From contig JBHGNT010000014.1 in assembly GCA_043228905.1 (NCBI GenBank), positions 15,686,001-15,750,000 of the forward strand: a stretch of 64,000 nt of DNA, read 5' to 3'. Below the pieces are notes generated by a model. That model searched no databases. It had not been told where the DNA came from and saw nothing but the letters and a program-made list of their open reading frames with translations. Of the stretch, positions 11,585 through 25,717 are shown in pieces (within the stretch, counting starts at the first letter, position 1; every line of letters starts with the position of its first letter). A program made the position numbers and the translations under genes. The stretch comes from Azolla caroliniana (taxonomy: Eukaryota > Plantae > Polypodiophyta).

Positions 11585-14286
11585 ATGGTGGAAGACATTG
11601 ACTACATCACCGAAATCATGTCATTTGTATTGGATAATTTACAAGTGGTAAGAGAGTATATGCCTGGTTGCTTTAAAAAGTATGTGTTTCAAGAACTATT
11701 CATGATTTCATTTACTGGCTCAGTGAATGTTACTTGTTCAACACTTCAAGAAAATTGGGATAAAGAATTTGAATTCATTTAAATTTGCTGTGCTGGGAAT
11801 TTTTTCTGTTCCCTAATCACAGTCTTGAGTGAATGATATATATGAGCAATGAGATACATAGGGATCGTACTTTTGTCATTGAGTAACATGCCAAAGGTTC
11901 TCATTATTGGTAGTAGAATATTGAATCAAGATCAACAAAAACCTACCTTCAGGTTACCTGAAGTCAACAACACTCTATCAAACGTTTTGACCTTTTTAGG
12001 TAGAATCAGAGGAACCAAATAAAAGATAGTACCTTGACGCTGTCTCATTTAGGTGAAACAAATATTATATGGACAATTAAGTTTATGTTACAATATGATA
12101 AAATTATTGTCACTGTCAGGAAAACCATGGATAAGAATTTGTGGTAAACAATATAAGAATAACTTTATAATCCACACAAAATTTTCTTTTTACTTCAATA
12201 TTCTATTTTGAAACAATATGGCAGTGGATTGCTTTTAGGCCAAATTACGAAACTTATAATATATTGTTGTGGAGAAGTACCCCATAGTTTTCCGTTATTG
12301 TTATAAATGCCCCTGATTTTTCAATATTTCCTGCCCTTGGCAAATCCCTCTCGAGAAATTATATTATATTTGCTATTTGAGAAACTATATCAACAATTTG
12401 TCCTCTTTCACGGGTAGAATGTGAATTTGGGGAAATAAAGAGAACTTAGTGGCATTTGGAAAAATAGTTTTTATTTAGATGTTTTATGAACAACATTTTA
12501 TGAGCCTATTTGTTGTAGGTATCTTACAAATGGCTGAGCAGAAAGTTCTCAATAACCGCAAATGAAGCCAAGAGGTGCATTCTCTCTTCCATACACATAG
12601 GAAGTCATATTTAGAAACTACGATTGCTAGTGGAGTGTGGATGAACCACCTAATACAGTTTTCTTAACAAGTTCATGTGCCAATAATGATGAAAAATATG
12701 TAGGTTACTTCAAATAATTTCTGACCAACATGGGGACAGTTTAGAAGTTATCTATGCGGTATCAGGATGGTCCAAGAAGGGGAGTTGTTACTCCATTCAG
12801 CTAGTACCAAAAACTAGACTACAAGGTGCGGAAAATATAGACAATAAGCTGTAGCCAATGTTATTTACCTTTGGATAGTGATATTTTATAACATTCAATC
12901 TAAGCTACATGGGTTCAAAAAATTGAATCACATTTCTCAAAAAAACCATGGTATAGACTAAAAGATATAGACCAAAGTTTTCCAGAATCTAAACTATCCC
13001 ATTTCTACAATAATTATTATATTCTAACGATAAGACTATAAGATATGTAGGATCAAAGTTTTTGCACCTTTGAATAGTGATGTTTTATAGAAATTTGACA
13101 TCTGAGCAGAAGCTAAAGATATGATCAATGGTCATGTGTCTGTTCACGTCTATAGCGTGCAACCGTGTATACCTAAGGACCCAGCTGAACTTTGGAGTGC
13201 TGAATATGTTCAGTCAGAGGAACTATTCAAACAGCCACCTGAAGTTGATAATTGCCTTCGTGATAATCGGTAGCAATAGAAAATCTCCTACTTTTTTTCT
13301 ATGCTTTGTATTATTCTGTAAGTTTTAGAAATCCTGCTTTTTCTTTACAGATTCAGTGCGATTTCTTGTGCTTCTATTGATCGTAAACGGCTTGGAACAA
13401 GTAGCAAAGTAGTTCCTGAATCAAGTACTAGTGGGCGAGATAGGCCTTCAAGCATGGATATGATGGTGGATCACTCCAATCGATTAGAATTGGAAGGTTT
13501 TGCTAAACAAGATGTTCTAGGAACGAGTCTTCCAACCCTAATTGTTTCCGAAAGCAAGAGTGATAACTCTAATACAATGACAAAGAAGGCTGAAATATGT
13601 ATGCCTGGATCGAAGAAAAGAAAAGTTGTGAATACGTGCATTGATGATTATGGCCAGGAAGGTAAGAAATTTAAATATGATGCGCGCATCTGTGTGGTAG
13701 GTTTGAGTGTGTAGAGCAAGAGTTTTTTATATGCAGGAAAGTGTAAACCTCTGAAAACAGTACTTAACATTATGTGTTAGGATCTAGTACATACAAAACA
13801 CAAATGAGGTAACTCCCAGCATGTTTTTGATAATTTACTGTTGGTTATATGAGGAATACAGTGACTCGGGTGGTTTGGGAAGACGAAGACATAGTAACGG
13901 AGGATAAAATCAACGTAAAGACTGCCAGTATCAATAGTATTGTTGATACAAATGGATCCATGGAATCATCTAAATCCACCAGTAAAAGGTACAACATGTA
14001 ACTCCTAAATTTTGTTTTCGCTCTTAATTGGTGCTCAGTGTCCATTTGTGACAATTGAGGGCGTGGGTGTGGGAGTTGAACTTCGGACCTACAGCTTATA
14101 GGGCAAGAGTTCACACCACCTATATTTTTCGGAAAATTTGAAAATGCGCCTAGTGTCTGATCTGAGTATGAATGTGTTTGTAGGTCAACACATGCCAGAT
14201 TTGTGTCTAATAAATCGTCTGGCAAAGGATCATCATCTAAAGATACTTCCCGTGGAAAAATCTCTTCGTTTTTCAAGAAGGTTTGA
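11585..14286 (+). CDS. POLD3: DNA polymerase delta subunit 3 (Cdc27/Pol32), 7 coding exons, 313 aa
   Basis: Exons 11585-11647, 12519-12574, 12704-12825, 13110-13269, 13351-13661, 13862-13988 and 14184-14286. All are GT-AG and in phase (942 nt). Motifs: LQVVSYKWLSR, LEVIYAVSG, SVHVYSVQPCIPKDPAELWSAEYVQSEELF, KKRKVV..IDDYGQEVTRVVWE and C-terminal ISSFFKKV*. Confidence 0.95.
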
Positions 14287-15599
14287 AAGTGTATATACTG
14301 TGATATAAATGTAAAGAGACCACAATAGGTTTACAATTGTATTTGGGTCATCTTTATGTTACTCCATTGATCTTGCTTGTTGAAATGTGAGAATGGTATG
14401 TTTTGAGCATTCAAACTCTAGGTATGTTGAGTTCTGGAAACAGTTGTAAGTCGTCAAATGGTTATTATTGATGTACAAAATTTCCTGTTTCTATGTGAAA
14501 TTGTGGTCATTACCTTCATTGTCTTCTAGATGTTTGAATTGTGTAATTCCTAGTGATGTTATGTGTTGAGAAATAGAAGCATTAAAAGACATGTTTTTGC
14601 ATCAACTAGTGAGAGAGGATGTTTCAGCCTTGGTAGTTTCCATGTTTTTTCACCATTCGGAATTCCGCAATATGAACCTTCACATATGTGCCATCTTTAA
14701 GACTTTAACCTTGTCTAGGCAATGGGCATAAGCTTTCACACTTCTCGCCACATCATTCATTTTTTTCACCTTGCTCTGTGTGAACCAACTTAAGGCATTT
14801 GTAATGAGGTAGTGTTGAATTGAAGAAATTGTTCTAGGACACTATTTACATGTTATGCTTAAAAGGAAATAGTTCCCAACATTTTAAATTTAGCTAGGAG
14901 GGTTGAGGGTTTAGGGTTTAGCAATTGTGTACAAGGATCGATTGCATGAATAAAACCCAACAAGAAATGAATGAAGCAATTTGATGTTTAGTATCATTAA
15001 CTTTGGGCACTTCACATATTTAGATGTGCATGTATATTGGTTGTATGTTGAAGTGTAATGTTTCATCTGTTATGGTTGCTAATATACAATCAAAATCCAT
15101 ATTAGGATTGGACAAATGATTTGTGCAACATTGTTTGCTTGGAAATTGTGGAGTAATTTACAATTGTATCTTCCAATTGACCCCAAAGTTATTTTATTTT
15201 CTAAAAAACTCAATGGCCGTTGTATTTTCCATTGAATAACCCCAATAAGATCATGGGTGTTCAGGGGAACTTCCCTCTCTTTTCATGATGTAAATCAAAT
15301 TTGCAACATTACTTTTGAGGTGTAGTCTGATCATCTATATTTCTTTCTTATTCTTCTTTGATTGTAATTAGCTTGCTCGAGACATATATTTCTTTCTTAT
15401 TCTTCATTGATTGTAATTAGCTTGCCCAAGACTCTATGTCTTGGGCTCAAAACCCAAATTCCTCACCTCTTTATTACTATATACATATCTCTTAATTTAC
15501 ACACGTGCACGCACACACACACACATTTACTATAATAAAGAAAACTGCCAGATTAGAATTCCCTTCAATTTTCGTAGATAATGCTTTGACTCCATGCAC

Positions 15600-16420
15600 A
15601 CCATCAAATACAAAAGTATTGTGCATATCCCAATTATGACGCAATCCTCGATACCTCAAAAATAGGACAATGATCTCCATCTTTTGATTTTGGGTTGACC
15701 TGTCTGAATGTGCAATCACACACTATCTTGGTGTCAAATAGCATTGTGACAAAACTTGCTAAATTTGAGAAATGTCTCTAAATCTGACACACAATCAGAC
15801 GTTGTATGAAAATGATGACTACCATTTTCCAATTGAATAGTGCAAAGGAAGCAATAGTCAGTTGCTAGTCCATGTCGCTTTAGAGCTAATCCCAAAGGCA
15901 AACCCCCAATAAAAACTGTCCAAATGAAGACCTTCGCTACAAGTGACAAATTAGAATGCCAACTACGTTTTAAGATTTGCCACCACCCATGATTAGAGTT
16001 ATATATTTTCCATTCTTTCAACCTTAGATGAGATACCCATCAAAGAGACTAAACGGAACAATGATACAAGAGATTAGTAGCCACTTGTAAAAACGACGTT
16101 TGACCTCATAAACACCAATTAACTCATGGTTGCTCTTTTGTTTGTAAATGAAAAGAACCTTGTATCAATGCAATATGTTGTAGTTGTTGTCAGATAAACC
16201 CATAATTGGGCGGGATGCGTTATAATTATCGCGCTTCAACAAACTCCAAAATTCTTTGAGATAGAGCCTAAACTATATCTCTCACTTCTTTGACCCCCAT
16301 ATGAAACAATCGATTAAATTGAGAGCACAATCTCTCCTTTCTAGGCCAACATTATAACTGAGAAGTCACAAGTAACTCTTTTTGCAAAGAATTGCAATGC
16401 TCTCTACTAGATGATGTATT
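15600..16420 (-). mobile_element. Degenerate L1 LINE 3' fragment (zf-RVT region)
   Basis: KVFIWTVFIGGLP...CFLC...E...HHF in ORF 15734-16021. Boundaries are approximate. Confidence 0.6.
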
Positions 16421-16899
16421 CTATAAAAATAACAAGAGCACTTCTTACCATTAGACAACTAAGTGTTGAACACATGAAGAGCAAGAAATCCTAAGTGAAA
16501 TACGCTCGTTCAATAATTGCCACCATAAAGCCTTAATTGTTCTCCTCCTATGTGTTGTACCTTCATTCTCAAATCTGTCCCACGGGTGAACACATGTACG
16601 CACATTATTTACACATAGAGAGATGATTTGTGGATTTGGTCTCGTATATCAAAATTGGCCTCCTCTTAGACAAAAAACATGTATTCTATTCTCTCTCATT
16701 ACGTGTATAAGATGTTGGTTGGGTTGAACAAGAAAGCCCACATGAAGAAGTAGGGAATCCTAAAACAAAGATTGGAGGAAGAGGGTGGGAAGTGATGAGT
16801 TATGACTAAAGCCTTGATCAAATATTTGACGAACTTTGAAAAGAAAAGGCTTTCATATACGATAGAAGGGATCTCAAGGGCGATAATATATATTTACAT

Positions 16900-19700
16900 G
16901 GCAATCTCACTCTAACTCAAATAGCACATTGCAAAAAAAAAATCTAGGATTGATGGACATAGGAAAAGATTCAAAATTGTATGTTTACAATGATGGAAAG
17001 GCAATTATTATAGAGAAGAGATTCATAGTAGGTTGTATGGCCTATGAGACCTTACTAATGACTATATGGAATTGTAATGGATATCTAAGGATAGTTGCTA
17101 AGTATTTTGAAGATATTGAGACCATCAATGCATTGGTCGTAAATTCTTTGATGTACAAGGATATATATGGGAGTTGGTAAGTTGTCCCCAACCACGAATA
17201 CTATGAAGCAATAGAGGTAACAATGGGCAATGGTTCGGTTCGGTTCGAGAATGTCAAACCCAAACTGTTTAAAATTGAACTGTTTAAAAAAATGAAACTT
17301 AAACCAAACCGAATGAACCACGAAACTGTTTAACCAAAACCATTTAAACTGAACTGTTACAAAAAATTCAAGCTCAAACTAAATGGTTTTAGAGACATTC
17401 AAACATTTAAATCGTTAAACTATTAAACCGTGGTTTTGCAGTTTTGTTTTAGTTTTCAAGTTAGGTCAAATTTTAAAATTTTAAAATTTTCAATATTTCA
17501 AATTTTAAAATTTTAAAATTTAAAGATTTTTCTTAAAATATTGAAATTAGGCTTAAAATATTAAAAAAAAAAATTTAAGAAAAAATGTAAGTGTCAATCC
17601 TAAACCATAAAACCGTTTGAGCCATTTAAACCACGGTTTCAAACCATTTAAATTGAAAAGGGTTAAATTGATAAAGGCTCAGACCGAACCAAATTATTAA
17701 ATCCCCAAACCGAACTGAACCGAACCGAACATGAACCGTTTACAAAAACCTAACCTGAACCGTTTAAATCATTAAGCCATTAAGCCATGGTTTCGTGATT
17801 CGGTTTGGTTCATATCGAACCATTGCCGATTGCTAAATAGAGGATTTGGTGTAATGGTTGTAATGTGCAAAGAGGGGCTTTGTGATAGAGCCAATTTTGT
17901 CAATAAGGATGTTGATGCGCAGTATATGTGGGTACAAATCAAAAGAGGGAATTTTATAGAGTTATATATAGCAATTTCTATCTTCCACTTGTGTACTTGA
18001 GATTTGCAGCTCTCGAAAAATCACCATGTCTCTACATTATAAGATGATACCATAAGATTTCCTATTATGGGGGATTTAGCAATATTATGAGACTTCAATA
18101 GAAGTGCCAAGGATAATCAAACAAGTATCTTTGGCACAAGGCCATGTATGGAGAAGTTATGGCAAAAGAAGTAACCCTAAACCCTAAAGCAATAAGCTCA
18201 AGATATGAGTGAATAAACAAGATACATATGGCAAACACTTTCTAGCCTTGGGAAATGCTCATGCATTTGGGTATATAATGGTTTGTCACAATGGCCTAGA
18301 TGAGGTGTTTTGTTATTTCAATACCCAAGGGAGATACAAGATTCATCATTGAAAATATGAGTCAATGCAATGAGTTTGGTCTAACCTAGAAGTCACGTAA
18401 TCTGTCTTTATAGCAAGGTTGATTGGAAAATTAGGGGTAATGAACCACAATGTTGTATAAAATCCCACTCCATTGATTTATGGGATGTCCATCTTTTACA
18501 TCTAAGATAAAATAGTTCATGCATATCGACACTTTTAGGTGAAGGAAGAATGCACAAAGGGTGTATTTGCTAAGAACAAGTGTGAGTTGGCTAATTACAA
18601 ATTTTTCTAGGAGACTCTTGATTGTATTGTATATTTGTGAAGTATATAATGGAGTATACAATGGCATGCTAGATTTGGATCCTTTCTCCATCACTAAAAG
18701 AAATAACACAAGGATTGCCAAAGTCATTACATTATGCAACCACAAATGCCTTTCCCACACAATCAACAAGGTACCCATATGTGGTAGCATCGCACAAATA
18801 GTTGGAAATTGGAATGATGAGGAATGTTGTGATACAAGGATATAAATACAATACGAACTAACTTACGGGATTTCTACACACAAGCAAGCAAGAATAACTT
18901 TTCAATGCCTTGTGAAGAATAAGAAGGAATCATATTTAACTAAATTTGAAGAAGTGTACTTCTTGTTATTAGGGAAAGAAAGTAAAAGAGCATGCAACAC
19001 GCTTAATCAGAGGCAACCTACCACACAACTAACTCACCTCAAGTGTGGCATGAATATGCAAAGATACTATATGATATCCCAAGCAACCCCATCTTCTCGA
19101 TGGCTCATGCCCACATGAATCTAACTTTTTTAATCCACAACAAATCATGGCCACATGAATCTACTATTTATAATCCAAAATATGTAAGACATGTTATTGA
19201 TATGTTATAATTTGGAAGGCCCAAGATCATGATAGATTGGAAATGAGTGCTTTATTTATGCTCATAAAACCTTGCACCTACTTCTAGCACACATATTTAA
19301 TAGAGCTATATGTGAAGGTTTCCCTACTAATTAGATAGAACATGTTGTACCAATATTAAAAATGGAGCCCCATGACATGGAGCATTGATAAGAGAATCGT
19401 GAGTGACCATGACTTGGCGAAACTACATGGCTCAATCCTAGATTCAAAGTTGAATATATGGGCAAAGAAAATTGGTTATCATTAAACCCAACATGTAGGT
19501 TTTGGAAATGGGCTCATAACATTGGATCACATATTGACCTTGTTGTTTCCATAGAGGGAAGAGCCCATAAAAAAGAGAATTTATTGTTGCTTTGTGGATT
19601 TCTATTGTTATCTGAATGCAATCATATTTGTACATGTGTGGATGCAATCTTCAAGTTCTAAACTAAGAGATGGATGATATTTACAAATTTTGAGAAGAAA
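16900..19700 (+). mobile_element. Highly degraded LINE (AP endonuclease and RT remnants)
   Basis: Broken motifs TIWNCNG, YMWVQI, DFN, DHILTL and CFVDF. Interrupted by a hAT MITE. Boundaries are approximate. Confidence 0.45.
17218..17835. mobile_element. Non-autonomous hAT element (MITE)
   Basis: TIRs TAACAATGGGCAATGGTTCG / CGAACCATTGCCGATTGCTA. Perfect 8-bp TSD AATAGAGG (17210-17217 and 17836-17843). Many AACCG/CGGTT subterminal motifs. Confidence 0.92.
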
Positions 19701-20789
19701 ATTTTAGTTAAATAAAAGAGCAACATAATGTTAACAAGAGAATAATTTGAACAAGTGATTTTATATGCATATAGAAAGCATAACCACAAGAACCAATTAG
19801 TATAAAGTAGAAACAATAATCTACTTAAAATTAAAAACTGTTAAACCTTCATGGAACAAGTTTCTAGAAAAGCCTATAAGATCTTCAAGTTTGAGAAAGA
19901 TAATATGGTTAAACAAAAGAACAAGGTAACCTAGGCTACAAAATGATTTGAATCGAAGCCCTTTTTGCGAAAAAAGTAGAGGGTAACAACAACAACAACA
20001 ACAACAACAATAACAACAACAATAACAAGAAATTATGATCCATTGGTGGATGAGTGATCCTGGACTCACCCTAACAGTGTGGGATTGGATCAAGTCGATT
20101 TAGCAAAGTCCAAAAAAATAACTTTCTAGACTTTTTCTAGACTTTCTAGACTTTTTCACATGTCTTTGGGACACTATTAAAGAAGACCTCCTCCAGGCAT
20201 ATGAGGAGATCATCACCTCTAGAAGCATGCCAGAGGAATTTGGACAGGGGATGATACATCTCATTCCTAAAAATGGTGGGAATGCCAACAACATTAGCAA
20301 GTGACGGCCCATAACTCTTCTCAATACTGCCTATAAGTTGCTCGCAAAAATTGTGGCACGTCGTTTAACACCACTACTCAACTCATTCATCCGTCCCAGA
20401 CAGGTTTCGTTAGAAATCGGAGCATCCTAGACAACCTCTTCTCATTCTGGGAAGTAGTAGCCCTTGCCAAGCGAACCAACAACAAGGTCGCGGTGGTGCT
20501 ACTAGATTTTGAGAAAGCATATGACAGGGTATGTTGGAACTTTCTAGAATGTGTGATGGGGAAACTCGGCTTTCAAGATACATGGATCAAAGGCATTGCA
20601 GGACTTTATAGGAATGGCAACAGTTGCGTTTCACTGGCAGGTGAAAGGGTCCCCTTTTTCTGAATATCCCGATCTGTACGACAAGGATGCCCACTAGCTC
20701 CATCCTTATTTCTATTATATGCCGAAACACTCTCTTGCTTTCTCAACTCGCGACATCTCAACCTACGTGGTCTTCCCGTACCTCATTCT

Positions 20790-21888
20790 TGTTGGAGAAC
20801 TCGACGTTCCTTATGTCCGACACTCGGCCTCAACCGAGATTCTTTTCATACACAGAAAAACAGGTAATGAAACGTGACACAAAAGGGAGAAATGGTACAC
20901 AGGAGGTTTACGTGGAAAACCCCAAAATAGGGAAAAAACCACGGCAGCCCACAGGCTACAAACTGTCACTATGTAGTAATATACAACAGTGAGTTCACTG
21001 AGGCAACGACCTCGTGCTCTCAGATCTTCGCCACAGGCGGCGGTTACAACAGAGGCAACGACCTCGTCTCTCTCTCTCTCTCTGTACAGTTACGCGCTCT
21101 CTCTTCTTCTTGCACCAACAAGGAAGAATAACAACAACAAAAACAACAACAACTAAAAGTTTGCCCTAAGTCATATTTATACTAATATGACTTTTCGGCT
21201 ATTTACAAATGTAGCCTCGATGGGCTCTCAGAAACATATTTACGAATATGTCTCTTCCTCCGGTTCATACCGGGCCTGCACCATCCGGCTCTCCGTAGTC
21301 GGGTACTCCCCATCCGGTTCATACCGGGCCTACACCATCCGGCTCTCCGCAGTCGGGTACTCCCCATCCGGTTCATACCGGGCCTACACCATCCGGCTCT
21401 CCGCAGTCGGGTACTCCCCATCCGGTTCATACCGGGCCTACACCATCCGGCTCTCCGCAGTCGGGTACTCCCCATCCGGTTCATACCGGGGCCTGCACCA
21501 TCCGGCTCTCCGTAGTCGGGTACTCCCCATCTGGTTCATACCGGGCCTACACCATCCGGCTCTCCGCAGTCGAGTACTCCCCATCCGGTTCATACCGGGC
21601 CTACACCATCCGGCTCTCCGCAATCGGGTACTCCCCATCCGGTTCATACCGGGCCTACACCATCCGGCTCTCTGCAGTCGGGTACTCCCCATCCGGTTCA
21701 TACCGGGCCTACACCATCCGGCTCTCCGCAGTCGGGTACTCCCCATCCGGTTCATACCGGGGCCTACACCATCCGGCTCTCCGCAGTCGGGTACTCCCCA
21801 TCCGGTTCATACCATTTCGGCCTCGACCGAGTTTGTTCGTCGGCACTGTTCTTCTCCCTTCCCATCCGGAGGGACCTGTCTCCCAACA
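20790..21888 (-). mobile_element. Solo LTR (1099 bp) with internal tandem array
   Basis: TGTTGG...CCAACA termini. 5-bp TSD ATTCT (20785-20789 and 21889-21893). Minus-strand TATAAAT near 21175. Confidence 0.92.
21259..21812. repeat. 54-bp minisatellite, ~10 copies, inside the solo LTR
   Basis: Unit CATCCGGTTCATACCGGGCCTACACCATCCGGCTCTCCGCAGTCGGGTACTCCC. Confidence 0.97.
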
Positions 21889-23990
21889 ATTCTTACCAAA
21901 GCATCCTGGATATAGAATTTGTAGATGACACAACAGTCTACCTGCAAGGGGACTTGGAAAACCTCCAAAAGCTAGAAAGTGGGCTAGCTATATTTTGCAA
22001 GAGATCCAACACCATGATCAATTGGCACAAATCCTATGCAATATGGCTCTCTCAGGAAACACATCCGGCGTGGCACCCACATCCCTCTTTCAAATGGATC
22101 AATCAAGGAGCGAGCACCAAATATTTGGGTTTCCAAATTGGTTTCAACATACCGTCGGAGACTATGATTCCACCCGTTATCCATTCCATTCGACAAAAGT
22201 TGATACATTGGAGCTCGAAAAAATTGTCGCTAGTGGGTCGCATCATAGTGGCAAATCAGGTACTACTCGCAATAGCATGGTACAGTCTATCATGCTGGAC
22301 AATCTCCAAGGAAAGTATACATTAGATTCAATGACTGACTCGCAACTACATTTGGTCTGGTAAGGAAGACCATGTAGCCCGCGCCAAGGTGGCGTGGCCT
22401 ATACTCACAGTGCCTAAGTCGAGAGGGGGATTGGGTCTTATCGACCCCCTTTCACAATCGAAAGCCTTACTTGCCAAATTTGTGGTGCAAGGACTCCAAC
22501 CAGGAAATGACTGTTGGAAAATGCTACTGAGGTTACGTTTCGCTTACTTTAGGCCACGAAAAGGGGTCAATTGGGCCCCCCAAACGGGATGGATTCTAAA
22601 CATGGATCTCAAACCTAGTTTCTCCCACCAATTGGAGGATAGATTCAGTGCATCCATGTGGAAGTCATGGTGTGACATTTGTTGAGGGCTCAAGTGTGAT
22701 CAACCGAGATCCGAACCTGCGTGGCTCAGTCAACGTTTCCTATGGAACCCATGTATCAAGGATGAATCTAATCAACTACTGGGATCATGTAAGGGGTTGT
22801 CATGGGGATACATTGCAGAAGGTCCAAGAAAAAGTATAGAATGTTGGCGACGGTTTATGTCACTGCCACTACAAGATCAGGCGAACATACTCAATGGAAT
22901 CAGGGGCGGATGGACTATGAGATCGGAAATCATTAACGCTCTACTGATTAGGGAATCTACTACTCAAAGGACGAAAATGGAGAAATAGATAGGCCACGAG
23001 GTGGAGGGATTTCTGTTCTTGAGAGGTAGGGGACCACCAGACAGACTCGAAGGCTCTGAATTGTGAGACACTGAGACACCAACATAGAATAGCACAATTC
23101 GAGTACTCATGTATACTGGTCATAAATGGATAGTAGATCCTGATCCGATCAAAGTACAACCCAATTGGCACATATGTATTCATGAAAACACATGGCTACG
23201 TAAGGTCAGTTGGGACCCTTTGCAATGGACATGGCGTGAGGCAAGGAAGCAAACCCATCCCTTTCTTCCAATTCACAACTAGATTGGGTCACCACATTCT
23301 AGCCGCTCAAACTGTCCGAGAGTCGGTTGCTGCGAAGGTCTGGCACACATTTCAAGTTCCTCCTATAATAATCACCAAGTTTTGGTAGAAAATCTGGAAA
23401 CAATAACACACGAGGCGAATTACCATGTTCCAATGGCTATTAATACATAAGTCCCTACCGGTGAGAGCATGGCAACGTGGGAACCTTAGCTCTCCTAATT
23501 GTGTAGAGTGCCCACATGTAGTAGAATCAATACGACACGCTCTGTGGGATTGCCCAACATCCCATCGAATATGGCGGTGGGTTGACCGCTTGTTGCAATT
23601 ATGCTAGGTGCAAGGCTCAATCAAGTGGGGAAATATATATGTTGGCTATCATGTCAGGCCGCAATTGGCAGATACGAGCATCAGGAGGAGGGGATGACTT
23701 TGGTGATACAAGCACAAGAGGTCTTTTTCTCCTCCAACGGCAATGCCCACTCCACTCCTCTTAATGACAAATCTCAAGAGGTGTTGGAATTGGTCAGCCC
23801 AATAACTCTTTGGATTCTATGGAAACAACGATGTAGGTGAGTCTTCTCCAACAAACCGCACATCCAACAAGGTTACTGCAAGAGATATGGAGCGTTCATC
23901 CAACAATGGTCTTCCTCTCCCTTTCTTGAGTTAGTGGGCATCCACATAAGATGGAACTATTGCGTCCCTTCAGGGATTTGTACATAATCG

Positions 23991-25717
23991 TCTCATTTGT
24001 AAAATTTTATAACTAATGGAAGGAGTTTTTTTTTTGGAAAAAAAAGAAAAAGAAAAAAGAAGATAGATTTTTTAATGGAATTCTCACATGTTGGGCTGTT
24101 GTTAAGAAATTTTTGGTCCAAAAAATGCCTTTGACAATGGATGATTTGTTGAGACAACCTTTGACCTGGAATTTTGTCTTCTCTAATGCGAGAGGTTTTT
24201 TTCTTGGTAGCCATCCCAGGCTAAATTGGGCTGCTTTGGATGCATCAGTTGCATGTAATGTTCTTTCATGAGGATGCCATGTTATGAATCGTCCGTTACA
24301 ATCTTTATCAATGCATTCAATTCGAGGAGGCAATGTTATGAGTAATGATATGCAAGTGGCATTGGGACAATTTATGGCTTCATGGTCTCCCTTAAGTAAT
24401 TAGATATGGTTTGGTTATTTTTCTCCTTTAAAAGTTATTTTAGGAGCTAAAGTAATTAATGCTACCTGTGATGCTATGTATTTTAATGTTGATGATGAGG
24501 GTAGGTTGTGGCATGTATACTCTGCATCAGACGTGTGGATGTCCGCAAACACTTTGGCCATTCGAGTAGTTGCAAGATCGGGGAAAAAATGATCTTTGGA
24601 TCCACCCTTTCAAGAATGCTTGTTGTATTGCTCATTGTGGGTTTCTAAAAAAAAACCTCTTCAAAATTTAGACCGGGATCCGGCTGATTATCAATGGAAA
24701 AAGCCGAGTTATGGTGGAAATGGTAAACATTTGGAGTTTTTCCAATATTCAGTTAAGCTAGGTGGAAATTTATTGTTGCAATCAAAGTATAGATGTCCTG
24801 CTGCCATGAAGCACTGGTCTGAGAATAATGTGCAGGAATTACAACTTGCAAAATTTTGGAAATGGTTGTGGAGCATGCAATTGCTGAAAAAAGTCATTTG
24901 CTTTCGATGGTTGGTGATTCATTATGCTCTTTCTGTTGGTGATTGGTTGAGACAGCATCAACAATATGCTTGTGGATTGCATTGTGGCGCACCTACTGAA
25001 TCGATTTTGCATGTGTTTTGGTTATGTCCCAAGATCAAGAAATTTTGGAGTAAGTTGTTTTTATTGTTGAGACAACACTACTCTCGACCAATCTTCTCTT
25101 GGGGTGCAGTATTGTGGGGTGTCCTTCATGGAGAGGTTATGAGGTATGAAAGTATGCATGCTTCTCATGTTTTTCATTTTTCTTATGGACACCTCTCTCT
25201 CACCTCGTTTCCTTCTTCTATTTCACGGTTCAGAATTAAAAATCTGGTCATTTGGTGTATAATTACGTCATTGGCTCTTTGGATAATATGGAAAGCGAGA
25301 TGTGATTCTGTTTTTAACAATGCCCATATACAACTCAACACTATGCTTATTGAATTCTGGATGTTGTTTGTTCACACACTTCATGGCCAATATGATGATC
25401 TGCAGGGTTTAGATGATGTTTTGTGGCAATGACAAGTGGCCTTTAAGAACCGATGGCAAGGACTCCAATTATTTTCAGAGACAACTGTTGGTCCAAAGTG
25501 GAATTATGCCATACCTTCGTTTATGTTGGATAGTGGATAGTAAGTATTGTTCTACTTGTTCATATATGACATCATCTATATCATTAGATGTACTAGCTTT
25601 TGTATCTTACAAAAAGAAGTGAGATGAAATGTTTGCTTCTGTTTTTCTTATGTAGACTTTTCAAGTAATATACTAAGGTGTATCTTCCTTAAAAAATAAA
25701 AAATAAAAAAATAAAAA
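23991..25717 (+). mobile_element. Second 5'-truncated L1 LINE with A-rich tail
   Basis: ORF 24596-25432 has WKWLW..., CGLHCG..ESILHVFWLCP and LWIIWKARC..VF. A-rich tail at 25691-25717. Confidence 0.8.

Larger units (their letters stand above)
20100..23990 (+). mobile_element. Pseudogenised L1 LINE ORF2 (RT and zf-RVT), split by a solo LTR
   Basis: RPITLLNTAYKLLAK, LDFEKAYDRV, VRQGCPLAP, then after the LTR EFVDDT, KYLG, PKSRGGLG and C..C...ESIRHALWDCP. Contains stops and frameshifts. Confidence 0.9.

Noticed and set aside
13845-14276. 143-aa antisense ORF over the POLD3 3' end
   Set aside because: Shadow of the POLD3 exons and intron, with no recognisable motifs.
21187-21933. Long ORFs on both strands (up to 242 aa)
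   Set aside because: Artefacts of a stop-poor 54-bp repeat inside a solo LTR.
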